From a virus (lineage: Duplodnaviria > Caudoviricetes): DNA of 64,000 bases. The stretch spans positions 1 to 64,000 of the IMG/VR virus record IMGVR_UViG_3300028833_000064; one strand, written 5' to 3'. Below are positions 1 through 9,139 of the stretch, one piece after another (the first letter of the stretch is position 1; each line of letters opens with the position of its first letter). Under the pieces are notes generated by a model, which was given only the letters and a program-made list of their open reading frames with translations, had not been told where the DNA came from and made no database searches. A program made the translations under genes and the position numbers.

Positions 1-249
1 GTCGATTGTAATCCAACCGACCTCTCCACCTCGATATACCTTCTTCCCACGTTTGATGTGGTCAAGAAGTTCGATGGTTGTCTTAAAGTGATACTCGGAA
101 AAGTGCTTGAGTCTTTTTTCAGACTCGGATTGTGTCGGTTTCTTTTCTTTTTTGTGTTTTCTAATAGGTTTGCTGTTGTCCAGCTCACCAGACATCAGCT
201 TTTCAAAATTTTTTTGGGACTTACCGTCCATCATTTCGAGAATATCCAT
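1..249 (-). CDS. hypothetical protein, runs off the left edge
   Basis: Open frame MDILEMMDGKSQKNFEKL...GWITID from ATG 249, downstream of the promoter at 279-310; not in the ORF track. Confidence 0.75.
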   Translation of the reverse strand, partial: MDILEMMDGKSQKNFEKLMSGELDNSKPIRKHKKEKKPTQSESEKRLKHFSEYHFKTTIELLDHIKRGKKVYRGGEVGWITID

Positions 250-278
250 AGTGTTAATTTCTTTTTTTCAAAGATACT

Positions 279-310
279 ATTTTTCTCCAAAAAAATCAAA
301 ATTTTACATA
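279..310 (-). promoter_or_regulatory. Bacteroidota sigmaA-type promoter (-33 TTTG / -7 TATCTTTG)
   Basis: Minus strand TTTG-N~20-TATCTTTG matches the TTTG...TAnnTTTG consensus. Confidence 0.75.
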
Positions 311-567
311 GATTGTGTAAATTTTATTTTGTCTGTTGTGGTATATGTCGGTACAAACTTTTGTTCCAACTTACCAAACAAACATTCAGAACAATTCCTC
401 TCTGAACACGGAGCGTCTATCGCCATACAATAAAATAGTGATGAAGATTTTTTAAAACTTTCATCATCTTTCTCTTTTAAATCTCTCATGGCGAGAATTT
501 CAGCGAGACTTTTTTTGTCAAAGAACATATACTCTTCGACTTTTTTTTCAAATTCTTTAAAATTCAT
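304..567 (-). CDS. hypothetical protein with CxxxxCxxC motif
   Basis: 87-aa ORF in a - strand run. Confidence 0.7.
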   Translation of the reverse strand: MNFKEFEKKVEEYMFFDKKSLAEILAMRDLKEKDDESFKKSSSLFYCMAIDAPCSERNCSECLFGKLEQKFVPTYTTTDKIKFTQSM

Positions 568-580
568 ATCTTATTAATTT

Positions 581-880
581 TTAATTTAATATTTCTTTTA
601 GGTCTTTGAAGTTATACACACCAATGGTTGTGGAATGTGTTCCATTTTGAAAAACATCGAAAAAAAACATGTCGTCAAGACAATCACTATCTTCTACATT
701 GCCACCAGTGCCGATATAATGTAAAGTTAGAAGTTGTTTTTTCTCTTGTTTCTGGATATTCCCGTTGATGTTTATTGTATTGTAATTAACAACTTCATAA
801 TCATAACAATTATCGTCGTCTTTTCTTTTTTTGAAACCATTTTCCAAAAGGCCTTTTTTTATTTCTTCAAGTTCGTTCAT
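581..880 (-). CDS. hypothetical protein
   Basis: 99-aa ORF with upstream TTGTTATATTT promoter-like element. Confidence 0.75.
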   Translation of the reverse strand: MNELEEIKKGLLENGFKKRKDDDNCYDYEVVNYNTININGNIQKQEKKQLLTLHYIGTGGNVEDSDCLDDMFFFDVFQNGTHSTTIGVYNFKDLKEILN

Positions 881-962
881 ATCTAAAATATAACAAAAAA
901 AAATGGTTCATTTGTAATATCATAAAATAAAGTTCTTACAATTTATTATTTTTTTTTATGTT

Positions 963-970
963 CATAAATA
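963..970 (+). promoter_or_regulatory. putative late promoter CATAAATA
   Basis: Recurs before structural genes at 963, 4768, 7026, 9110 and 12027; one base from the T4 late promoter TATAAATA. Confidence 0.65.
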
Positions 971-996
971 ATAGTAAAAGAAATAATATAATTTTT

Positions 997-2622
997 ATGG
1001 CTATCAAGAGAAATGATACTTATGAATATAGAAAGGTTGTAAAAAGACCGGACTTGAGAGTCAGTTTACTGGAGATAGGATTCTGTACGGAAAATGTTCT
1101 TTTCAATGAGTTGAAAAAAAAATTTAACGGGAGAATGTATCTCACAACAGATACTAATAAATTCTACTTTGACTATAACGGTAAACGTCATGAGATGAAC
1201 ATATCCGGTTCTGGTGAAAGTACACCGGATATGAGTGGGTATGCAAAAAAAAGTGATATTCCTACTAAGATAAGTCAACTTACGAATGATTCTGATTTTT
1301 TGACTATTGAATCTGTCGGTGATTTTTTGAGAAATAACGGGTACATAACCGAAGAAATGCTTGCCGATGAGATTGCTAATCTTGTTACTGATGATGAGTT
1401 AGAGGAACTTTCCAATAGATTGTCAAATCTTGCAAGTACCGTTTCAGATGTACAAGACAACATATTTGAACTTCAAGATAAGATTGAAGATTTGGAACAA
1501 CTTAATAAGATTTCCACCGTTGTTTCCTCGGATGCAAACAACACCCCGAAGGGAACATCTTGGGGAGAGCCGGAGGTTGTCGGAACGCTTGAACCTTCAG
1601 ATTTTACAACTGGAAGAATATATCTTGTTCCAAATCCGGTCGAAGGAGATGATGTGTTTGATGAATATTTGACGGTCAAGACTAATGAAGACGAATATAT
1701 TTGGGAACGTATAGGTTCTACAAGTACAAACGTTAACGGATACGTAAAGACTTTAGTCCTTAATGGAAGAGAGTATTCAGTGGGTGACAACACCAATAAA
1801 CTTATAATCGGAACGGACATTATAACAAGAATAGATGGTGAGACGAATTCTGACCTTAATGAGACCGGAATGGTTAATGTTAGGGCGACAACGACCAAGG
1901 ATGTAGTTCTTGGAACAAATATCACCACACTTGTCTCATCTTTGAAAACGGTTGATTTGGATTCTGCCACAAGTAACAACAATGGTCTTGTAACCGCTTT
2001 GGATGTTAAGAATAAACTAAACTCACTCGGTTCAGACTTCACCGGAAGCAAATCTGTCAAAGACACAAAGGGGAATGTGACAATTTCTCTTAAAGAAGAA
2101 AGTGGAGTCGTGACACAACTTGGAGTCAATGTCTCCTATGCAGAAATAACAAAGACAGATGGCGACGGACTTACCAACGACACAACGATTGAGGTTAAAA
2201 GTGGTGATGGAAACAAACTTGTAATCGGCTCCGATATTTCGAAAATTGTTGAATTTATCAATACGAGAATAGGTGAGGAACTTGGAAAACTTGACAACAT
2301 AGTTTCATCAAACGACTTTGGTTCCGACTCAGACGAAGAACCGGTCGAAGTGACCGTATATCAGAAAAACGGAGTTGTTGATGGGGTCGATGTAAATGTA
2401 CTCGGTGCAGATGTATCTGTCAACAACGGAGAAATTTCAGTTTTGAATGAAAATGGAATTGTATTAGGAAAGGATATTGTTGAATTTAAGAAACTTATAG
2501 ATATAAAAGATATTGATGTCACAAATTCAAATGGAGATTCCGATGCAATTAAATTGACAAAAACTATCAATAATGGAAAAACCGTATTTGACATAAATAT
2601 GGTATGGAGTGAAAACGAGTAA
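997..2622 (+). CDS. virion structural / tail-fibre-associated protein
   Basis: IPTKISQLTND motif, coiled coil, IYLVP..DEYL..WERIG motif typical of phage tail proteins; start moved to ATG 997 after the late motif. Confidence 0.65.
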   Translation: MAIKRNDTYEYRKVVKRPDLRVSLLEIGFCTENVLFNELKKKFNGRMYLTTDTNKFYFDYNGKRHEMNISGSGESTPDMSGYAKKSDIPTKISQLTNDSDFLTIESVGDFLRNNGYITEEMLADEIANLVTDDELEELSNRLSNLASTVSDVQDNIFELQDKIEDLEQLNKISTVVSSDANNTPKGTSWGEPEVVGTLEPSDFTTGRIYLVPNPVEGDDVFDEYLTVKTNEDEYIWERIGSTSTNVNGYVKTLVLNGREYSVGDNTNKLIIGTDIITRIDGETNSDLNETGMVNVRATTTKDVVLGTNITTLVSSLKTVDLDSATSNNNGLVTALDVKNKLNSLGSDFTGSKSVKDTKGNVTISLKEESGVVTQLGVNVSYAEITKTDGDGLTNDTTIEVKSGDGNKLVIGSDISKIVEFINTRIGEELGKLDNIVSSNDFGSDSDEEPVEVTVYQKNGVVDGVDVNVLGADVSVNNGEISVLNENGIVLGKDIVEFKKLIDIKDIDVTNSNGDSDAIKLTKTINNGKTVFDINMVWSENE

Positions 2623-2665
2623 AAAAAAACAAAAAAAAAATATATAAAATAAAACAAAATAAATT

Positions 2666-4717
2666 ATGGCTACTAGTACAGCAATTAAATTTTACAGTAA
2701 GGCATATACTACCACCACAGGTGAGGGTAGTGCATTGAAAGTTTCACAAGACAATGCTGGTGCAATTGTATTCGACAAGACTACTCATTCGATTTATGTC
2801 GGAGGTCATCAATATGGTGGTTCTAATTTAGTAGACGCTACTTTTAGTAGTAATGTTCTAACAATCACCAAAAGAGACAACAGTCAAGTTCAACTTGATT
2901 TCTCAACACTTGCAACGGCTCAGTCAGTTGCAGAAGCTTTACGGATGGTGGATGAACAAATAACTTTGACATCTGGTGCTGGTGAGTATGTTCCAGTATC
3001 GGATAGAGGTTATGTTTCATCAACAACATTGACATCTGTAAATGAAACAGATGTTTTTGACACAGAAGGAAGTGACAAAGACAGTGTTGCCGATGCAGTT
3101 TTAAAGTTGGACAGAAAAGGTAAGGCAACAATGACAGAGGTTATCTCTGCAAAAAAGGAAATCGATGCAGTTGAAACTGGTGCCGGTCTTGGTGCAGACG
3201 GTACATACACAGCAAACACAAACACAAACTACATCAAGACTGCAACTTCATTGAAGGATGCAGACGAGAAGTTGGATGCAGCAATAAAGAATATCTCCAA
3301 CACAGTTGATGGCTTGACAAGTGGTACAGTTTCAGATGTTAAGGTTAACAACACTTCTGTTAAGACAGACGGTATTGCAAACATCGCTGTTGAAGGTACA
3401 TACAACTCAGAATCAAACAAGATTGCAACACAGTCAACAGTTTCAAATGCAATAAACACATTTGAGAGTGGTTTGACTGGTAGTGCAACCATCGCTTCAA
3501 AGAGTGGTGATGTTGTTACAATCAAGACTGGTGTCACAGAGACAGCCGGTAAGATTAGCAACGACAGTGGTACAGACATCGTTCTTGAAGAGGTCGCCAC
3601 AACCGGTGCAGCAGCAGATGTTAGTATTGCAGACAGTGGTAACAAAATCACTGCAACCAATGTAGAAGGTGCTTTGGCAGAACTCGCCGATGCAATCAAT
3701 AGCAACAAAGTTAGTGTCGCTTCTAACGATAAGATAATCTCGATGTCTAATACCAATGAACTTTCATCAACACTTACAATGGTTGTTGAAAAACAAGGTG
3801 AAGCGGGAAACCAGAAAGACTATATCGTTTTGAAGGGTATCGGTGACACCGAAATCACAAAAGTTGATGCTACTGCATTTGTAAAGGACGGTATGCTTTC
3901 TAATGCAACATTGGTCACTGTTGCAGAGCAAGATGTTACCGTAACGGCTCCTTATATCAAACTTTCATTCAATACAGATGCTGGTCAGCAGGATATCCGC
4001 TTCTCTGTTTCTTCTTTAGTTGATACCTACATAAGTGGTGATACAAATACATTGACTGTATCAAACTACACAATCACACCTGTGACAGCAGCAGTTTCAG
4101 CAAACGGTACTGCATTGACAACCGGTGGTCAGGTTTATACAGCCATTGCAGCAACAAAGGGTCAAGACATTCAGACAATCACTGGTGAGAATGCAACCAC
4201 ACAAGGTAATTATATTGATGTTAAAGTGACAGCAACAAAGGGTGCAAGTGATGACAACTACACACTTTCAACAACATCTAACGTAACAACACACGCTGTT
4301 GAAACAGCAGAAAGTGGTGCTGATGGTCTTGCAACTGCTTTGGATGTTAAGACTTATGTTGATACAAAAGTTGGTACAGCAATACAGAGTGTTGATGGTT
4401 CATCAACTGAAAATGGAAAGAGTGTTACACAGAGCAGTTATGCAGTTGTTAAGGTTACTGCAACAACCGATTCCGAAAACGAGGTTGAACTTGACAGTGC
4501 AATCGGTTTGACAATTCAAGGTGTTAGTAGTGCAGATTCTGAACATATGGGTCTCGCTGAAGCTTCAGATGTGAAGAGTTATGTTGATACAAAAGCAGCC
4601 GTAGTAAATGTAGGTGCAACAGTCCCAGTTAATTCTACTACTGCAACAACTCTTGCAACCGTTGGTGGAACCGCTATAACAGCACAAGCAAGTTTTAATT
4701 GGGAAGTATATGAATAG
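2666..4717 (+). CDS. virion structural / fibre protein
   Basis: 683 aa, Thr/Ala/Ser-rich; SLKDADEKLDAAIK and FVKDGML motifs; GLATALDVK shared with the upstream gene. Confidence 0.65.
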   Translation: MATSTAIKFYSKAYTTTTGEGSALKVSQDNAGAIVFDKTTHSIYVGGHQYGGSNLVDATFSSNVLTITKRDNSQVQLDFSTLATAQSVAEALRMVDEQITLTSGAGEYVPVSDRGYVSSTTLTSVNETDVFDTEGSDKDSVADAVLKLDRKGKATMTEVISAKKEIDAVETGAGLGADGTYTANTNTNYIKTATSLKDADEKLDAAIKNISNTVDGLTSGTVSDVKVNNTSVKTDGIANIAVEGTYNSESNKIATQSTVSNAINTFESGLTGSATIASKSGDVVTIKTGVTETAGKISNDSGTDIVLEEVATTGAAADVSIADSGNKITATNVEGALAELADAINSNKVSVASNDKIISMSNTNELSSTLTMVVEKQGEAGNQKDYIVLKGIGDTEITKVDATAFVKDGMLSNATLVTVAEQDVTVTAPYIKLSFNTDAGQQDIRFSVSSLVDTYISGDTNTLTVSNYTITPVTAAVSANGTALTTGGQVYTAIAATKGQDIQTITGENATTQGNYIDVKVTATKGASDDNYTLSTTSNVTTHAVETAESGADGLATALDVKTYVDTKVGTAIQSVDGSSTENGKSVTQSSYAVVKVTATTDSENEVELDSAIGLTIQGVSSADSEHMGLAEASDVKSYVDTKAAVVNVGATVPVNSTTATTLATVGGTAITAQASFNWEVYE

Positions 4718-4728
4718 TATAAAATAAT

Positions 4729-4760
4729 GTCAGTCAGGGAACACCTGACTGACTTATTTT
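4729..4760 (+). terminator. hairpin / terminator
   Basis: GTCAGTCAGG-gaaca-CCTGACTGAC followed by TTATTTT. Confidence 0.7.
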
Positions 4761-4767
4761 AAGTTTT

Positions 4768-4775
4768 CATAAATA
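4768..4775 (+). promoter_or_regulatory. putative late promoter CATAAATA
   Basis: About 24 nt upstream of ATG 4799. Confidence 0.65.
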
Positions 4776-4798
4776 AGTTAAAATAAAGAAATTAATAT

Positions 4799-5911
4799 AT
4801 GGCTAACGTAAGATTTTATAAACTTAGTTCCTTACCAACATTTGTTGCAAGCACTCATACCGGTATATTCGTCCACTTGACCACAGATTACACGGATACG
4901 AATAATGAGATAACATATCCAGAAGGTCTTTGGTTTGGTGGTAGAAATGGTTGGGAATATTTAACAAATTCCACAACGGCCATTGACCAACTTGATGCAG
5001 AAACAATTGAAACATTAGTTGCAGAAGATATACCTGCCGATAGAGGAAGTGGTACAATCCTCACACTCAAAGGTGTTAAAGAAGATGATGGTATAATCGA
5101 ACAAGGTGATGGTACAAGTAAAGTGACAATCGGTGCAGGAAAGTTGCAAATCGGTGTTGGAAATGCCGACGACCCATCTGACCTTTTTGGTGCAAATGAC
5201 ACTACTAACACAGTTTTGGTGTTGGATAGTACTCATTTTCATTATAACCCATCTGCTAAAAAACTCAATATTATTACTGAGTCACCTACAACCGATACTA
5301 ATAAGATTGCAACAATGGCAGACATTGCTTCATTGACTGGGGCAATGCACTATAAAGGAGTTTTAAACTCTCCATTAGACTTTCCATTAACAACCGAACC
5401 AGGTGATGTCTATATTGTGACAACTGCTTTCACATACGATGATAGTGATAGCGACAGTGATAGTGATAGTGGTATCACTTTTGAAGTAGGTGATATGGTT
5501 GTTTACGGTAACAATGGTTCAATGAACATCGTTCAAAGTAATATGACCATCGGTGTCAATGATGGTCAATTTGCCGTCAATGATGGAGCACTCACTAGTG
5601 GTAATATCGTTGTTGCAACCGGAACAGGTATTGAAACATCAGATTACAGTCTATCTGGTGCTTCATCGAGAACACAAACGATTACTGATGCTACAACCGA
5701 TGGTCAAACACCAATTGATGGTGTAAACCATTCTACGAGTATCGTTGACACACTCACAATCTTTGGTGAAGATAGAACAACTAGACTTGTAATAGGTTCT
5801 ACCAACCCAAGCATTGAGGTGAAAGAGGGACTTGCACCAGACGTTGAGGTGTCTCTTGATTTGGTATGGAATACGACAATTCCTTCAGTACAAAATGAAT
5901 CTGGTGACTAA
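4799..5911 (+). CDS. virion structural / fibre protein with DS repeat
   Basis: GAMHYKG..GDVYIV..EVGDMVVY module shared with 12062..16912; DDSDSDSDSDS tract. Confidence 0.65.
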   Translation: MANVRFYKLSSLPTFVASTHTGIFVHLTTDYTDTNNEITYPEGLWFGGRNGWEYLTNSTTAIDQLDAETIETLVAEDIPADRGSGTILTLKGVKEDDGIIEQGDGTSKVTIGAGKLQIGVGNADDPSDLFGANDTTNTVLVLDSTHFHYNPSAKKLNIITESPTTDTNKIATMADIASLTGAMHYKGVLNSPLDFPLTTEPGDVYIVTTAFTYDDSDSDSDSDSGITFEVGDMVVYGNNGSMNIVQSNMTIGVNDGQFAVNDGALTSGNIVVATGTGIETSDYSLSGASSRTQTITDATTDGQTPIDGVNHSTSIVDTLTIFGEDRTTRLVIGSTNPSIEVKEGLAPDVEVSLDLVWNTTIPSVQNESGD

Positions 5912-5926
5912 TAATATCAATAAGAG

Positions 5927-5963
5927 AAAAAAAAGAGTTCGGATTTTTCCGAACTCTTTTTTT
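5927..5963. terminator. bidirectional intrinsic terminator
   Basis: A-tract, GAGTTCGG/CCGAACTC stem, T-tract between convergent genes. Confidence 0.85.
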
Positions 5964-6075
5964 ATAATTTAGTTTTCAATATATTCGATATAGTCTTTCC
6001 ATCGGCTCTACCGGTGAGTCTCTTATTCAATTCATTCATAACCGGTCCCATCTGATTGAGACTAGTTTCCGACAT
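5962..6075 (-). CDS. 37-aa micro-ORF resembling the GatB/YqeY C-terminal helices
   Basis: MSETSLNQMGPVMNELNKRLTGRADGKTISNILKTKL; MGxVM..L.GRADGK.IS is the YqeY tail motif. Confidence 0.55.
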   Translation of the reverse strand: MSETSLNQMGPVMNELNKRLTGRADGKTISNILKTKL

Positions 6076-6114
6076 TTTATTCTCATATATTTTTAAATTA
6101 AAAAAATAATCAAC

Positions 6115-6318
6115 CTATTCTTCGTCATCATCTAAGTTTTTTGAAAATTCATAATCCATGAAATCGAATATGTTTTCTATATTCGGAAATGTCTTCTTTA
6201 ACGATTGCAAAAAATAGAATGCAGTATATTCGTCTTCCAATTGTTCTTCATTATGGGCGATTCTTATTGAATCGGCGATAACGACAGCCTCTTCTTCCGT
6301 GATATCTATATATGCCAT
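6115..6318 (-). CDS. acidic hypothetical protein
   Basis: 67-aa ORF ending in TAG. Confidence 0.7.
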   Translation of the reverse strand: MAYIDITEEEAVVIADSIRIAHNEEQLEDEYTAFYFLQSLKKTFPNIENIFDFMDYEFSKNLDDDEE

Positions 6319-6321
6319 AAA

Positions 6322-6948
6322 TCATTGTTTGTTTCTTTTTAAGATACAAAACAATCTCGTTTTATTAGGGAACATAGATTTTACAATTTCGAAATTTATC
6401 AACTCCCAACATTCGTCACCAAGTTTGTTCAATGACTCATCCATCAAATCTACGTTTTCGAAATCTACGAGTATTGTTTTATACTCATATTTATGTTCTG
6501 TCATTGGAATAGTTTGAACATTTATTTGTGCTTCAGTTGAAGTGGTGTTCTTTTTTCTCACCGATTGTTTCTTTTGGGGTTTCGGAGTTTCTTCCAAGGA
6601 TATGTTGGGAATCGATTCTTGTTTTTCATTAAATATATGCCATTTCGGTTTCAGTTCATCCTCTATCTCCTTTTGTAATTCTTCATCCATTTCTGATTGT
6701 TCGGGAAGTTGCTCTGTAGTTTCTTGTTTTGGTTGTTCTATTTGCTCATTAACTTGAACTTGTGTTTTTCTCTTGAATGGTGTCACTGGTTTCAGTTTGA
6801 ATACTGAATCACAAGGGATACTCACGGTTTCATTAGTGTCCAAAAATCTCACACTATATTGTTTAGGTTCGGTGTTTGTGACTTCTGTGTCGTCGAACTC
6901 AAACTGTCTTTGTTCCGGGTCATTTCTATTAATTCCTATCCAATTCAT
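6322..6948 (-). CDS. protein with C-terminal DUF4177-like domain
   Basis: KYEYK...LNKLGDECWEL...LKR pattern. Confidence 0.6.
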   Translation of the reverse strand: MNWIGINRNDPEQRQFEFDDTEVTNTEPKQYSVRFLDTNETVSIPCDSVFKLKPVTPFKRKTQVQVNEQIEQPKQETTEQLPEQSEMDEELQKEIEDELKPKWHIFNEKQESIPNISLEETPKPQKKQSVRKKNTTSTEAQINVQTIPMTEHKYEYKTILVDFENVDLMDESLNKLGDECWELINFEIVKSMFPNKTRLFCILKRNKQ

Positions 6949-7063
6949 AATTAAAAAATATTGTTATAATATAATAAAAATAACAAAAAATCTATAATTT
7001 ATAGAATATTAAATTTAATTCTTTTCATAAATATATAAGAATGTATTTTAAATATATGATTAT

Positions 7064-8533
7064 ATGATAAATATACCTAATAACGAGATTTGGTACACAA
7101 CAAATGACGGAAATATTTTATCACCGGCGGCATCGAGTATCACAGGTGTCACACTAATAAGCAATATGTACAACAATAACCTTGGTGTATCAACATTCAG
7201 TGGTAATGTAACCGATATCGGGATGAGTGCATATGCTGTTGGAACACATACATTGACATCAATAATTCTTCCAAGTACTGTGACAAGTATAGGGATTGCC
7301 GCTTTCGGGGGACAGGTAAATCTTACTTCTATGACTATATTGTCGACTACACCTCCTGTCACCAATGGTTCGTTTCCGAATACCCCAAATGATTTTATAA
7401 TCTATGTTCCAGAATCTGCCCTCGACACATATAGAAACTCTTCTTATTGGAATGACAGGTATGACTATATATTCCCGATTGCTGAAGACAGACAAGTGAA
7501 ATTCTACTCACTCAATGCCATTCCAAGTACGTACCACAACGGTTCGTTCCTCAATCTCACAATTGGGACAGCGAACAATCCGGCTGGTTTGTATTTTTGT
7601 TATAATAACTCATGGAGATATCTTGTCAATACTGATTCCGAGATAAGGAGTGCCGCCACTTGGAACAACACGATTTATTTCTATTCAACGTACCCTGCAC
7701 CGGTTCTTGATTCAGAACCACCCTCCGGAACGTATGTGTTTTCTGTGGAGATTCCATCATTGGGTGTTGGAGATGGATTGTCGCTTTCTGATGGAAATGT
7801 GGAATTGTCGCTTTCTCAGACGACAGTCAACGGAAATACAACAACCCCACACACCGGAAGCACAAACCTTCTTAAAATAGACTCAAACGACAATCTGTCA
7901 ATCAGTGACACTTGGGACTGTGGTGAATATGACGACCAAGTTTATAGACACGTGATTCAGTTGAAGACAAGTAATGTGGAATATGCCCATGTCTTGAAAT
8001 CGGATATTCCCGATGGTTCAACGATTGTAAGTGTGTCGAGTGTTCCAACTAATCCAACCACAAGTTCTCCGACATATATTCAGTTGAACAGCGGTAACAG
8101 ATGGTATTATCAGTTGTCTGGTAAGACTCCATCCTTGTCGAGCATACAATATGGTGAGATTGCCGTATCTTATGCAGACGGTCACGAAAGACTTTTCATA
8201 AAGAACTCTAACGATGAGATTATCGAGTTTGAACCATCTGTCCGTCGTCGTAATGTGGTGAACAACGTCACTTTTATGAATCCAGATTTAACTGAAAGTA
8301 ATTCAGAATGTAAATGGAAAATTCCTTATGCAGACATAACTTCAGCCGGTATAACAATTATGGGGGCAGTGTGTTTTCTTAGGGAGGTCGATACCGGAAA
8401 ACAGTTGATACCAGATGTTGTTTTTGATGATACAAACTCTGTGGTGGAAATAACAATTTATTCAACCACAAATATACGCCGAAACACTTATACTGCAATA
8501 ATAATCGGTTCAAACTACAATAACTTAATATAA
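7064..8533 (+). CDS. tail-fibre-like protein with N-terminal BspA-type LRR segment
   Basis: LTSIILPSTVTSIG..AF and IYVPESALDTY (LRR_5 cap); IQLK..GEIAVSYAD..LFIKN fibre motif; CATAAATA at 7026. Confidence 0.65.
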   Translation: MINIPNNEIWYTTNDGNILSPAASSITGVTLISNMYNNNLGVSTFSGNVTDIGMSAYAVGTHTLTSIILPSTVTSIGIAAFGGQVNLTSMTILSTTPPVTNGSFPNTPNDFIIYVPESALDTYRNSSYWNDRYDYIFPIAEDRQVKFYSLNAIPSTYHNGSFLNLTIGTANNPAGLYFCYNNSWRYLVNTDSEIRSAATWNNTIYFYSTYPAPVLDSEPPSGTYVFSVEIPSLGVGDGLSLSDGNVELSLSQTTVNGNTTTPHTGSTNLLKIDSNDNLSISDTWDCGEYDDQVYRHVIQLKTSNVEYAHVLKSDIPDGSTIVSVSSVPTNPTTSSPTYIQLNSGNRWYYQLSGKTPSLSSIQYGEIAVSYADGHERLFIKNSNDEIIEFEPSVRRRNVVNNVTFMNPDLTESNSECKWKIPYADITSAGITIMGAVCFLREVDTGKQLIPDVVFDDTNSVVEITIYSTTNIRRNTYTAIIIGSNYNNLI

Positions 8534-8550
8534 AATTCGAAAATAGAAAG

Positions 8551-9099
8551 ATGAGTATAAGAATAACACAACCATTTGCATTCGACTCACAGAAACCTAA
8601 TTTCGATAGAGATAATATAAATTCAAGTGAGTTCGAGAGTCAATCACCACTTAAATTGACGAGTGACGAAGAAGAAGATTTATCCAACAGATATGACATA
8701 GGTCATATTGTATGGGATATAAATACAAGGTATCATTATCGTGTAGAATTTACAAACAATCATATATCTCTCGTTCCATTGGAACCTTTGATAAAAACTA
8801 CACAAGAATGGTATAATCTTGGTAACAATTATATACCGAAATTCGGTGAAGTAATAATATTTTCCGATTATAGACAAGTAAATGGTGAAAATATTCCTTC
8901 ATTTAAGATTGGAAATGGAGTTAACAATCCATTTGAACTTCCTTTTGCAGAAACAGATTTCGCCACTACTTCAAATTATGCCGAAACATCGGGTGTGGCC
9001 AATAAAGTTGCACATCAACTACACATCGGACCACACGACTATGATGGTTCGGTAGAAGTAACTGTTGGATTGTATGACGGAAGTTATTCACAATTATAA
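8551..9099 (+). CDS. tail protein with Mtd-N/hyaluronidase-N-like motif
   Basis: TTQEW...IPKFGEVII...FKIGNG....ELPF. Confidence 0.55.
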   Translation: MSIRITQPFAFDSQKPNFDRDNINSSEFESQSPLKLTSDEEEDLSNRYDIGHIVWDINTRYHYRVEFTNNHISLVPLEPLIKTTQEWYNLGNNYIPKFGEVIIFSDYRQVNGENIPSFKIGNGVNNPFELPFAETDFATTSNYAETSGVANKVAHQLHIGPHDYDGSVEVTVGLYDGSYSQL

Positions 9100-9139
9100 T
9101 AAACAAAAACATAAATAATATATAAATATTTAATTATAT

